DNA of 63,871 nucleotides, the filler included, from Octopus bimaculoides (lineage: Eukaryota), in assembly GCF_001194135.2 (NCBI RefSeq). It is 6 parts of 6 records of this genome, joined end to end, with 100 filler letters (N's around TTAATTAATTAA, not from the genome) between each part and the next. Parts side by side here need not be neighbours in the genome. Positions count along the whole stretch, not along the records: positions 1 to 26,446 come from NC_068981.1; 5 more parts are not named here. One strand, written 5' to 3'. Under the pieces are notes generated by a model. That model worked only from the letters and a program-made list of their open reading frames with translations, searched no databases and was not told where the DNA came from. Positions 1-12,411 of the stretch are shown one piece after another. Within the stretch, counting starts at the first letter, position 1. Each line of letters starts with the position of its first letter. A program made the translations under genes and the position numbers.

Positions 1-286
1 AAGACCTAAATTGTTCTCAACATGAAATATAGCAGCATACCAAAAACGTGAGCGGGCAAGACATTTAAAATCACCTAAAAAAGCATTATTAAACAGGAAC
101 TAGTTTCGGATTTAACAAATTCTTACCATTTGTCTATTCCTCATCAGCCTGATTTGTAATGTAACCGCAATCATCAGAATCGTATACAGAGTTGCCCACC
201 GCCATGGGTGCGCGTGCATATGGTTCTGCTAATTACAGCTTAATGGTATAATATCATATTATGATATATGATATATTATATATATA

Positions 287-500
287 AGGCAGCGAACTGG
301 TAGAAACGTTAGCAGGACGGGCGAAATGTTTAGCGGTATTATGTCTGTCATTACGTTCTGAGTTCAAATTCCGCTGAGGTCGACTTTGCCTTTCATCCTT
401 AAGGGGTCGATAAATTAAGTACCAGTTACGCACTGGGGTCGATCTAATCGACTGGCTCCATCCCCCAAAATTTCAGGCTTTGTGCCTAGAGTAGAAAAGA
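287..500 (+). mobile_element. tRNA-derived SINE with Deu/Nin-type central domain (family A)
   Basis: A/B-box-like head (TGGTAGAAACGTTAGC...GAGTTCAAATTCC), core GTCGACTTTGCCTTTCATCC...GTCGATAAATTAAGTACCAG; at least 7 related copies in this window. Confidence 0.8.
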
Positions 501-729
501 ATATATTATATATATTTTATTATATAATATATTATAATATATCATAATATATTATATTATATATAAATATATACATATATATGAATAAATATATATGTAT
601 ATATATATTTATATATATATTTATTTATATATATATATAGTTATATGTATGTTCATATTTATATATATCCATAGTTATATATACGATGAAAGTAAGCAAA
701 CAAAGTTTGTTTTAGAAGCGTTGAGATGT

Positions 730-926
730 ATTGAAATATACAGAAATATTTTTTTCATTCTCAAACGCGTGATAGTGCTAATAAAACAGCGTGAACAGGA
801 AAAATTATCCATATATTGCTGAAAAATACGTTACCGGCCATGTATGGATAATTTATCCTGTTCACGTTATTTACTAGCATTATCACGCGTTTGAGAATTA
901 AAAAAATTATTTCTGTTTCTTTCAAT
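730..926. repeat. Fold-back inverted repeat, MITE-like (arms ~730-813 and ~843-926)
   Basis: ATTCTCAAACGCGTGATAGTGCTA...GTGAACAGGAAAAATTATCCATA is mirrored by its reverse complement after a ~30-bp spacer. Confidence 0.75.
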
Positions 927-1796
927 ATTTATGTATATATATATTCATATACATATATATATATATATATANNNNNNNNNNNNNNNNNNNNNNNNNNNNN
1001 NNNNNNATATATACATATTTATACATATATACTTATACAATCTTGAGTGCGTTCGCCTGGTCCTTTAAAGACAGAAACGCTAGTTTTAGTATAGAATGGA
1101 AAATAATTAATATTGCTGAAATTTATGCAGCAGGGCGAAAAAGATGAAATTTGTTCATAGAGGAAATATTCGATACTTTTACATCGAAACATCAGTTGCT
1201 TAACAGTAGAACAAACCTCAATATATTCACACCTACATAAAACTTTCATATACTTCCCTGCAAGCAATGTATATAAGTTAGTATCCTCCACTCCGATCAG
1301 AGGTTCCTGAGCTTGCAGGGTAAATTTCAGGATAGTATCTACTTTGACTTTCAAGTAACCATCGATACTCTCTTTAAATTTTTTTTTTTTTTTTAATAAA
1401 TTATAGCAAGGCATATATGATGTAGAAACTGCATATAATCTAAAACTCGATTATACCGAGAAAATTTCGAATTTCCTTCATAAATAAGTTCTTCATACCA
1501 CGTATAGTTGATTTAATAAAATTTAATTTGATTTGATTAAATCTCATTTAGCAACTAGCTGTTGTATAAAACATCGGAATATCACGAACTCATAATCCAA
1601 CTAGAAATACATTTTGACCTGCTTAAAGGTCCAGAACTCTCATTTAGAACTTAAGTTGATAGTTGATCGAAATGTGTTTGGTCTTAAGTCTATAAGGATT
1701 GACTTGAGACTCCACTGCCACAAACAATACAATTAGCAAGAACTATATGACCACCACACCACCAATAGTACCCGTCCCTATCTCTAACATATAAAC

Positions 1797-1925
1797 CAGG
1801 GGTCTCCAAAGTGATCGAGATTGGCCCCTTGGTGTCAATGGGACTCTTCAAAGGGTCGATAAATACAGGATACTCAGAAGAGGGCCGATAAACGTCAGGG
1901 GTCGATTGAACTGCAGAGGTCGAAT
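1797..1925 (+). mobile_element. Possible hAT-type transposon terminus fragment
   Basis: Begins CAGGGGTCTCCAAAGTG, resembling hAT (Charlie-like) termini; no matching right end found. Confidence 0.35.
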
Positions 1926-1994
1926 GCTAACATTCGTATACGAAATTAAAATACATAAAATACAACTCACTGATATACATTTTTAATTATCATC

Positions 1995-2380
1995 ATCAAC
2001 AGTAGCAGCAGCAGCAGCAACAACAACATCATTATCATCAACGTTTAACGTCCGTTTTCCATCCTGGCATGTGTTTGACAGCAATGAACTGGCAAGACCA
2101 GGAGCCGCACCAAGTTCCTTAATCTATTTTGGCCTAGTTTCTACAGCTGGACGCCCTTCCTAACACCAACCATTTTACAGAGTGTACTGGGTGCTTTTTA
2201 CATAGCATTACCAAGACTGTTTTACGTGACACCAGTACCCACACCAATACTTTTTACATGGTTTTGTCATCTCCTACGTAAAGCTCAGCGTTTTGGGATC
2301 GGTCTTCAATATTTCGTCCCATATCTTCTTGAGCGTTCCTCTTCGACAACTTCCCCCCAGTTTAAGGGATTAGCACTGTC
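1995..2380 (-). mobile_element. 5'-truncated RTE LINE end plus 3' tail
   Basis: Minus strand encodes GSCRRGTLKKIWDEILKTD (RTE C-terminus, cf. 47100-47200), then a tail with GTTAGGAAGGGCGTCCAGCTGTAGAAAC and GGACGTTAAACG-(GAT)-like end. Confidence 0.7.
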
Positions 2381-2399
2381 GCTATTGTAGAAAGGATTA

Positions 2400-2615
2400 T
2401 AAGTTGGCAGAATCATTAGCGCGATTGGACAGAAAAAACGCTCAGCGACATTTCTTTCGAATCTTTACATTCTTAGTTCAAATTCCACCGAGATCGATTT
2501 TGCCTTTCGTTCTTTCATGGTCAATAAAATAAATACCAGTTGCACACTAGAATCAATGTAATCAACAAGCCCACCACAAAAAAGTTTCAGGCCTTTCGCC
2601 TTCAGTATAAAGGAT
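2400..2615 (+). mobile_element. SINE family A (Deu/Nin-type), diverged
   Basis: Similar to 287-500. Confidence 0.7.
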
Positions 2616-2641
2616 TAATATATGTGTTCATATATCAATAT

Positions 2642-2673
<32 letters not shown>

Positions 2674-3692
2674 GCATCTAGACATGAAAATATATACATA
2701 AAAACGCATCCATAAAACAAACATACAAATCTGCGCATACAGTAACACCAAATACACACACACATATGTACAAATACCTAGATTATGTTGATAAAAGTTC
2801 CAATGAAGGAGCTTTGAATCTATGTTAGAGTCCGGCTCTTTCTCTATTGACAAGAAATACAAAAATGAAGCTGATTGATAACATACATACATACATGCAT
2901 ACCCGCGCACACGCACACACATACACACACATACTTACATAGGAACATACCTGTACAAATGTAAGTATATATGTTCGAAAACGAAAGATTTTTTAAAATC
3001 CTTTTCATTCATTTGTTTGCTACAATTTTGAATTCCTTGAGACATGAACAGCAATTACTACAAGTAATTTTAAGGAAACAAATTTGCTGCGTTATTGTAT
3101 TGGCAATAATTGCTAGATATCAGAGTCAACATTAAATAGAAAATTTCTGTGATTAAGAAGTGCACTAATAATTACTCGTGAAAAGATCCAAAGTAATGCA
3201 AAACGAGGTAGGGAAGAGAGGTAATTTCAAAGAAATTATTCTGACATTTACGGCGTCTCACAGGCTTCTTCGGTATAACAGAACAGCAACTAAATATACA
3301 TTTTGAATTCTGCGCTATTCAGTTTGGTCCGGTAGGATCCTGGACAACAAGGAAAAAGAAAGTGAGATGGTGCAATGAAAAGACAGCTGTCATGAGCAAT
3401 ACTATAACAACAACATATTTTGAAGGTTTCTTCATTCGTCGCCATAATTTGTATTTGTTAACTTATCTTTACAACATTTCCCTTTTGTTTTGTGTTTTTA
3501 TGCTGTTGTTTTACTTTTAGTATTCTTAAATTATTATATTGTTTCCATTTCACTTTTATTTGAGGCGGTTTTATTTTATTCTCTATCTGTCATATATTTC
3601 CATATATTTTTTTATATTTATCCTCTCCTTTTTATTTCCCTTTGCTTCAGTTTTTCCTTTTTCTCAGTCTGTATTACCTCTTTCCCTTTATC

Positions 3693-3765
<73 letters not shown>

Positions 3766-3886
3766 GCGCACACACATATATATATGTATTGTATATACAC
3801 ACATAGGTATACATAAATACACATAAATGAAAATCCTCGCGCACATACACACAAACATTTACACACGTGTGTGTAAGTGTGCATGT

Positions 3887-3925
<39 letters not shown>

Positions 3926-4317
3926 TGTGCGTGTGTGTGTGTGTGTGCGTGTGTGTGTGTGTGTGTCTTTTATTCATATATGTACGCAAAACTTTGCAAA
4001 TCGTTGCTCCAAGTTTTGGAGTTCGATTCTGACGATTACGACGTTCTGTGAAAAGATAATTACAGTTGGTTTATTTAAATTCTCGTATCTTAGCGGTTCA
4101 GCAAGAGAACGATAGAATATTACCAGACTTGTGTATAAATACTGGGGCCTTATCTGTGCTTGTCGTTATCATTCACTCTCTCTCTCTCTCACTCTTTCTA
4201 TCTCTCTTTCCCCCTCTCTCTCCCTCTCTCCTTCTCTTTCTCTCTTTCCTTCCCTCTGACTCTTTGTCTATGTATATACATATATACATACATACTCTCT
4301 TTTTTAAATCTTTTTAT

Positions 4318-4697
4318 TTGTTTCAATCATTTGACTGCGGCCATGCTGGAGCACCGCCTTTTAGTCGAGCAAATCGATCCCAGAACTTATTCTTTGGAAG
4401 CCTAGTACTTATTCTATCGGTTTCTTTTGCCGAACCGCTAAGTTACGGGGACGTAAACACACCACCATCGGTATTCAGACGATGCTGGGGGGACAAACAC
4501 AGACACAAACATATGCACACATAGATATATATACATATATATGATGGACTTCTTTCAGTTTCCGTCTACCAAATCCACTCAAAAGGTTTTGGTTGGCCCG
4601 AGGCTATAGTAGAAGATACTTGCACAAGGTGCCACGCAGTGGGAATGAACCCGGAACCATGTGGTTGGTAAGCAAGCTACTTACCACACAGCCACTC
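4318..4697 (-). mobile_element. tRNA-derived SINE family B (CORE-like centre)
   Basis: Reverse complement of GAGTGGCTGTGTGGTAAGTAGCTTGCTTACCAACCACATGGTTCCGGGTTC...GCACCTTGTGCAAG; the same family occurs at 30945, 34020 and 60125. Confidence 0.85.
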
Positions 4698-6846
4698 ACA
4701 CGCAGGCATACATATATGTGTGCATATATTTATGCATGTATCTATTTATATACATAAAAATGACGAAGTATGAATGTAGACAGGCAACCAAACTATTAAG
4801 CGGAAGTTAAATCAATAATAAAGTTTAAGTGATGGGAGCTAATAATATAAATGTATTTAAGGTACGTCAGATATACAAAATTATGAGGAAAGGTAATATT
4901 TCGGTGGTGAACTTATTAGTCGTCTATAAGTAGTTAGTTCATTTCTATTCGAACTGTTTTAATCAAAAAACCTACCTACTAACATGACTATATTCTCTAC
5001 TGTGAAGTCATTACAATAGCAAGTATTATAAAATAAGGTTTATATAAACCTTAATATATATATATATACAACTAATGCAATATCATATCGCGATGCAATT
5101 GAGTTTCTGAAAACTAGTTGAATGCATAGAGACAAATTCGGAACCGTTGTCAGTTGAAAGGAAATAAGACACATACGAATTTATCTAAATTATTATGTGC
5201 GATTGTGACAGCGAGACTAAACGCCAGGAGATGTCAATAGCTGGTTCAAAAGTCACAGAATGGAAACGTATATGAGAACAAATACTATTAAAAAGTAAGT
5301 GGACAAATTTAGCTGTAGTCACAGCTAATCGTACGATTATCTCCCGAAATATTTGTAAAGTAGTTATTTGTAAATCTGTAAAGTAATTTGTAAATTTGTA
5401 ACGTAGCAATTCAATAAAGCGCTTCATAAACTAGGCTTAGAGCAATATATTAGTACTGTAAGTATTTAACGATGGACTCCATTGAATTTACTTCATTACC
5501 GAAAAATAAAATGCAGTCATGGATGTATGTTAAGAAGTTTGCTTCCCGCCAACATGGTTTTTTACTGCTATTATATTTATCGTGACACAACTTTCTGTGA
5601 GCGAATGTCGAGCACTGCTAAAAGCTATTCAAACATAAAGCTACGGCTTCTATCAGCCCAGCGTTGTCTCTCTTCGGCATCTCCTACCGACGAAGACTAG
5701 GGATGCAGAAACGCCTCTAGGATTCCAACACTGAGCAAATATGGTGCTTTCTCACACTTTATTATAGATTAAAAAAAACTGTCGACGGTAAAATGCAATT
5801 ATTTTGCCTTTAGATTTTAAAATATGTCACAGACATATTTGACCTAACCTAAACTTTTACTCTTGATCATTGCATAAGCTCCATGACCATATATATATAT
5901 ATAAATATATATATANNNNNNNNNNNNNNNNNNNNNNNNNNNNNNNNNNNNNNNNNNNNNNNNNNNNNNNNNNNNNNNNNNNNNNNNNNNNNNNNNNNNN
6001 NNNNNNNNNNNNNNNNNNNNNNNNNNNNNNNNNNNNNNNNNNNNNNNNNNNNNNNNNNNNNNNNNNNNNNNNNNNNNNNNNNNNNNNNNNNNNNNNNNNN
6101 NNNNNNNNNNNNNNNNNNNNNNNNNNNNNNNNNNNNNNNNNNNNNNNNNNNNNNNNNNNNNNNNNNNNNNNNNNNNNNNNNNNNNNNNNNNNNNNNNNNN
6201 NNNNNNNNNNNNNNNNNNNNNNNNNNNNNNNNNNNNNNNNNNNNNNNNNNNNNNNNNNNNNNNNNNNNNNNNNNNNNNNNNNNNNNNNNNNNNNNNNTAC
6301 ATACATACATACATACGTATATACATACAAATATATACTTATATATTTATATGTATATCTACATGTATGTTTATATAGACACACATATACGCAATACATA
6401 CACACACACATATATGTATGTACATATTTCAATACATTTATATCTATGTATAGTAAATATTTATCATCACAGAGAATGTTCATCCTTCCAGCTATATTTT
6501 GTCCCTCCTTTTCTCTGATTCTTTTCGACGTTTCGTTTTTCATCTTCTTGCTCTTCCTTTTCTTCCTATATTTTTCCTTAACTTCCTCTTTTACCTTTCT
6601 CCTTCTACTACTTCTTTTTTATTCCTTCCTCTTTATATCATTTAACCGTATCCATCTATCAATCAATCACCCTGTGTTTCTGCTGACTTTCACCAATAAA
6701 GGACGTTTATTCGTTTAGTCTTTTTTCCTGACTTCTTTGGTCATAAACTTGACCGGATTGTCCAATCTTGTTAGTTTCTACTGAGCTTATAGATTTTAGC
6801 TGCATAATATGTATGCATGTATGCATGTATGCAGATAGATAGATAA

Positions 6847-6884
<38 letters not shown>

Positions 6885-7347
6885 GCTTATGTATATATAC
6901 ACAAGCAAATACATATATGTATGTAATATATAAATATATATATATATACATAGTACATTATATATATATNNNNNNNNNNTATATACATAAATATATATAC
7001 ATACATATATGCATAGTACACTATATATACATATATATGTATATATACGTGTGTGTGTATATGTCTGTATACACATATATTTTCAGACATACATACACTT
7101 TGTTTCATTTTTGTTTTTCCTTTCATTCTGCTTCTTTTCTCTTTTTCTTTTTATTCCCCATATTGATTTTTTTTCTGAATAGCCTGCATCAAACGTCCCA
7201 GAGAATACAAAACCTAATCTAACCTTACAGACAACTCAAAACTCTAAAGTAATTGAAATAGTCGGGTGAAATAAATGCTAAACATGAATGCTACAAATTG
7301 AATATATTTTGTCAAATTTCTTCAAGTTCTTCCATGTGTGTGTGTGT

Positions 7348-7691
7348 GTGAAGGTGCATGGCTCAGCGATTAGGGTGCTGCGTTCACAATCATGAGGTAG
7401 TGAGTTCGATTCGTGGGCTATGTATTGTGTTCTTGAGCATGTCACTTCATTTCACGGTGCTCCAATTCACTCAGCTGTAAAAAATAAGTTGCAACGTCAC
7501 TGGTGCCAAGCTGTATCGGCCTTTGCCTTTCCCTTGGGTAACATCGATGACGTGGAGAGGAGAGGTTGGTTTGCATGGACGACTGCTGGTCTTCTATAAA
7601 CAACCTTGCCCAGACTTGTGCCTTCGAGGGGAACTTTCTAGGTGCAATCCCATGATCATCCCTGACTAAAGGGGGTCTCTACCCTTTACCC
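7348..7691 (+). mobile_element. tRNA-derived SINE family C
   Basis: Head GTGAAGGTGCATGGCTCAGCGATTAG...GAGTTCGATTC; matches copies at 24793 and 51810. Confidence 0.8.
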
Positions 7692-7804
7692 TATTATATA
7701 TATATTTAATTCACAATATACGGATTCATGTAATCCGGTAGTACTCATAAGAAAGAATATATAGAATATATGGTATGATAAAAGAGAAAATCATACGGAT
7801 TGTA

Positions 7805-8200
7805 TAAAGTCATAAATGTCAGAGAAATAATTTGATAAAATTTGATTTAGCAATAAGAAAATTCGAATATAACAAATTTTTCGTAACTTAAAAACATGTA
7901 AACATTTATATTATATTTAATAATAAATAAATTACTTACATTCGTACATTAATGCAAAATGCAAAATATCTTCGCAAATAATGCAAAATTTAAGCTGCCT
8001 CCTCAAGTGATAGATAGGATTTTGAATGATTTTTTTGCATTTTGCATTAATGCAGATACTTTAGTAATTTATTTACTATTAAATACGATATAAATTATTT
8101 ACATATTTTTAAGTTACGAAGCAATTTGTCGTGATATTAGAATTTGCTTATCGTTAAATAAAATTTCATCAAACTATTTCTCTGTCATTTCTGACTATAT
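7805..8200. repeat. Older AT-rich fold-back inverted repeat (arms ~7805-7975 and ~8030-8200)
   Basis: CAGAGAAATAATTTGATAAAATTT...TTCGTAACTTAAAAA...CATTAATGCAAAATGCAAAA is mirrored, with roughly 80% arm identity by eye. Confidence 0.7.
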
Positions 8201-8231
8201 ATATATATATGTGTGTGAGTGTGTGTTTGTT

Positions 8232-8263
<32 letters not shown>

Positions 8264-8447
8264 TGTATGTATGTATGTACGTATGCATATATATATATGT
8301 ATATAGTTTTAGGGAAATAGATAAATAAATTAATTAATTAATTTAGGGAAATAAATAAATAAATAAATTTAATAAATTGATTTGAATTGAGTTTTTACCT
8401 GTAATTTTGGATTTTATCCCTAATATTATTATTATATATATATTAAC

Positions 8448-8936
8448 AAAACAGACTTTGTTTACAGACAACAGAACGAACACATAGGAAAACAAACAAG
8501 TCACTTATGGAATTATTCCTTCATCAGCTGCCGCTATTCTAAAACTAGGCGTTTCGAAGATAAGGCAGGACGCACTCTTAGAATAGTTTCTTCCTGAGTA
8601 GTGGATTAACCCACTAAACAGAGGAGTCCAAGGTAACAAACACAAATCGAGACAGGAAAAATTGGACAGTGAAAACAACACGTTTGGCCCTACGGTTTTT
8701 TAATGTTGTTTTCACTGTCCAATTTTTCCTGTCTCGATTTGTGTTTGCTACCTTGGACTCCTATGTTTAGTGGGTTAATCCACTACTCTGGAAGAAACTA
8801 TTCTAAGAGTGCGTCCTGCCTTATCTTCGAAACGCCTAGTTTTAGAATAGAGGCAGCTGATGAATGAATAATTCCATAAGTGACTTGTTTGTTTTCCTAT
8901 GTGTTCGTTCTGTTGTCTGTAAACAAAGTCCGTTTT
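8448..8936. repeat. Near-perfect long inverted repeat (arms 8448-8680 and 8704-8936, 23-bp loop), possibly Penelope-like-element derived
   Basis: Manual alignment gives 6 mismatches in ~233 bp. The right arm continues unpaired to ~9018, as in the inverted-5' arrangement known for Penelope-like insertions (that assignment is inference). Confidence 0.9.
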
Positions 8937-9339
8937 TTATGTCCCCGTTCATTTTTCTAACGTCCTGTACCCGGATATGCATCTATATATACATGTAGAT
9001 GTAGGAATGTACATCTATNNNNNNNNNNNNNNNNNNNNNNNNNNNNNNNNNNNNNNNNNNNNNNNNNNNNNNNNNNNNNNNNNNNNNNNNNNNNNNNNNN
9101 NNNNNNNNNNNNNNNNNNNNNNNNNNNNNNNNNNNNNNNNNNNNNNNNNNNNNNNNNNNNNNNNNNNNNNNNNNNNNNNNNNNNNNNNNNNNNNNNNNNN
9201 NNNNNNNNNNNNNNNNNNNNNNNNNNNNNNNNNNNNNNNNNNNNNNNNNNNNNNNNNNNNNNNNNNNNNNNNNNNNNNNNNNNNNNNNNNNNNNNNNNNN
9301 NNNNNNNNNNNNNNNNNNNNNNNNNNNNNNNNNNNNNNN

Positions 9340-9382
<43 letters not shown>

Positions 9383-10129
9383 TGTGTGTGTATGATAAAT
9401 CGTTTTGTGCACGTGAACAGCAAGAAGCGAAACAATTTCTTGCATATTTGTTGTTTATACGTTCCTGCAGATTTAAATGCCATCGCAGAAGAAAGCTTCT
9501 CCTTCATGACGATTATGTGTTCGTAGCAACACTCGATTCGTGAGTACAAGGACTTCTGGGATACAGGTGTTTCACCATCTTCTCTGGTAGAAATACTCGG
9601 ACCAATGAATCTAACAAGAACTGATTGCTAAATTTATAATTCCAGTAAACACATAATCTAAGAAAATTCTGTAGATTTATTAGAGATTCTCTAGAAAGCT
9701 TGGCTGCCGACTGGGAAGCTACGGAGCTCCCAGGCTGTATGAAGTTAATGGGTGATAAAAGATCATAGGGTGGGATGCCTGAGAAGGCAGTGACTAGAGG
9801 TAGTTATAGCTCTGTGAAGTTTTGAGTGACAACTGATGACAACGTTAAAGTGCGCTAATTTGGAAATGAAGACATCAACCCTTAGGAGATGACAGGGCCG
9901 ATCTATCGACCGAAAAGTCAATGACGAAGAAAACTGTATTAGTTCATTCAATTCCTGCAAGAACATATATAGTTTTATATATGTAAAGTAATTTTTTTTT
10001 TAATTAAGTGCATGCCCTCTGTGGGGCTTCTGAAAAGGGCTTCTTGACACTAAGACTCCAAATGCGGTTCATTCTCTAAAGTGTTAATTGATGCTTTGTA
10101 GCTCGGGGAGGAAAAGATTTAGATATTTA

Positions 10130-10535
10130 GCAACAGTAATGTGACTGTCTGGGGATTGGCGTCCACTCGCATCGTCCTCTTGTATCGCCCTCTTACAGCG
10201 CGTTCATGACACTACAGCGGAAGTCTTCCCATCGTATGAAGTCACCGAGTTACTTCGTTCTAACTTTCTAATAGTGTTTTCTTAACAGATGTAGTAGGGT
10301 GATTTGCTATTGCCTTCCCCACATGGATGACCGTTGGCCGACAAGGCGGTCAGCCGCCCTTCGTTTGTCTACAGGTATTGTTCTTAATGCTGCTGGGTGT
10401 CCAGTCACCCTCCTCACAAGAGAAGCAAGCTACCCAAGTAGAGGAGCCAGTTTAGTCGCCGACCACTCGACCATGGAACAGGAATAACGGTTTGCATGGC
10501 CCAAGTAGCAGGTCTCAGCCTCTGACCTGACTTCA
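10130..10535 (-). mobile_element. Probable RTE-clade LINE 5' UTR remnant
   Basis: Minus strand has GGGGAAGGCAATAGCAAATCACC, resembling the RTE/BovB 5' motif GGAGAAGGCAATGGCAAACCAC. Confidence 0.45.
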
Positions 10536-10657
10536 TATATAATACATAATTACATATATATATATATATATATAACGTAGGTAAAGTAAATTTTAGAGGT
10601 AATACTTGATAATTGCAAGCACCTGTATATGCCAGATAGTGGCCGGGGGTACAGTAT

Positions 10658-11125
10658 TATATGTATTTGAAAGAATGAGTAGAGATGGCTTTTTTGGGGG
10701 GATGATTTTATTTTTAATCTTAATGTTTACAGTGAGTTACTCTGATATGAGTTTCAAGCTCCGCGTGACCGTTTTGAAACTGAAAAATGTATGTTTTACT
10801 GGTTGTTTAAATAGCAAACGATTTTTTCTTACAAGTATACATACAAAAAAAAATATACCCAGAAAAGAGAAAAGAATATTAGAAATATATACTTTTTTAT
10901 GAATTTTTAATATTTTTTTCTCTTTTTTTGTGTATATTTTTTGTATTTATACTTGTAAGGAAAAGTCTTTTGCTATTTAAACAACCAGTAAAACACATTT
11001 TTTTTCAGTTTGAAGTCGGCTTCGAGAAGCTTGAACCTCATATCAGAGTAACTCACTATAAACATTATTACTAAGATTAAAATAAAAATTACCCTCTCAA
11101 AAAAGCCATCTCTACTCATTCTTTG

Positions 11126-11137
<12 letters not shown>
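10658..11137. repeat. Long fold-back inverted repeat (~230-bp arms) next to TA repeats, MITE-like
   Basis: AAAGAATGAGTAGAGATGGCTTTT...CAGTGAGTTACTCTGATATGAG...TTTTACTGGTTGTTTAAATAGCAAA is mirrored; both strands translate to RMSRDGFF in the ORF track. Confidence 0.85.
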
Positions 11138-11160
<23 letters not shown>

Positions 11161-12330
11161 GTTCAAAAAAACAATATACACAGATACGCAGATAGATAGA
11201 TAGAGAGATAGATAGAAAGAGAGAGAGAGGGGGGAGAGACAGAGGAGATAATAAGTGAAACATTTAAAGTTTATCTAATCTCATTATTTCAGTCGTCAGT
11301 AAACCGAAATTATTCGGATCGCTTCTGCGATAACAATTCCCTCAATGTTTTGAGAAGTCATATCGTGAAGATTTTAATTAATAACCTGCTAGTAGTAATT
11401 ATGTTACACTATTCAACTCATATAGCTTTTGTTCGCAATCATTTAGGAAATAAATGTATCTAGTATCAAACACAGGTACAGGGTATAACACATTTTCAAA
11501 ATGATTACTTATATATAAATTAAAAATAATGAAAGCATTTCTCTGTTGGCTGAAGTCTTCCCATAAGATAATTTTTTTTCTGACAGCGGAAAGCATTTTC
11601 TGATATTTTAGTTGTTCAGTAATGTTTATTATATTATATTTCGCTAGTACGAGGATGAGACTAATGGCGGCGACGGCGTTGTTGATGATGATGATGATGA
11701 TGATGATGNNNNNNNNNNACGACGACGACGACGACGACGACGATGATAATGATGAATGTTGATGAAGCACGAATGTACTGTCGATTGTAAAGATGAGAAA
11801 ATGTTTCAAAATTGTTCTTGCTATTGTTGTTATTGTTGTTGTTGTTGTTGTTGCTGTTACAGTTGTCAGTCCTCAATTTTAATAATGTGCTATCATAATG
11901 TTGCTGTTGCTATTGTTGCTGTGGTTCTCGTTCTTTTCCTTTTTCAAATCATTGTTTTCCAAGTTATTATCATTTCTTCTGTCATTTTATTTTTGCAATA
12001 TATTTTTTATTATCATTTCTTCTTTTTTTTTTTTTTTTTGACTTCCTTCGCTGAATTCATTAGTATATTTGGCTTTTAATTAATACCAGGAGCATAATGA
12101 TAAATTACTTCAAAAATAATTACAAAGCTTTTTTTTTTTTTATTATGGAGACATATGTGCTCGTGCGTGCATACATGTGTACGTGAGTGTTTGTTTGTGC
12201 ATGTTTCTATGGGTGTTCCTTATTATGAAATAGATACGTGGCTACGTGTTTATATGTTGGATGCATATAAATATATTTCGTACATATGTATATATGTATT
12301 ATCTATCTATGTATATATATGTACATACGC

Positions 12331-12361
<31 letters not shown>

Positions 12362-12365
12362 TGTA

Positions 12366-12411
<46 letters not shown>

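Noticed and set aside
128-235. Candidate minus-strand exon ending at a GTAAG donor
   Set aside because: Weak acceptor, no recognisable peptide, and no partner exons to link.
1019-1414. 131-aa non-repetitive minus-strand ORF
   Set aside because: No recognisable motif, it starts across a poly-A run, and has no convincing splice signals.
3300-3339. Candidate minus-strand exon after a strong pyrimidine tract and CAG
   Set aside because: All frames stop within ~16 codons and the only donor is weak.
9430-9960. Possible AP-endonuclease LINE remnant
   Set aside because: Motif resemblance was weak and appeared on both strands, so neither orientation nor identity could be supported.
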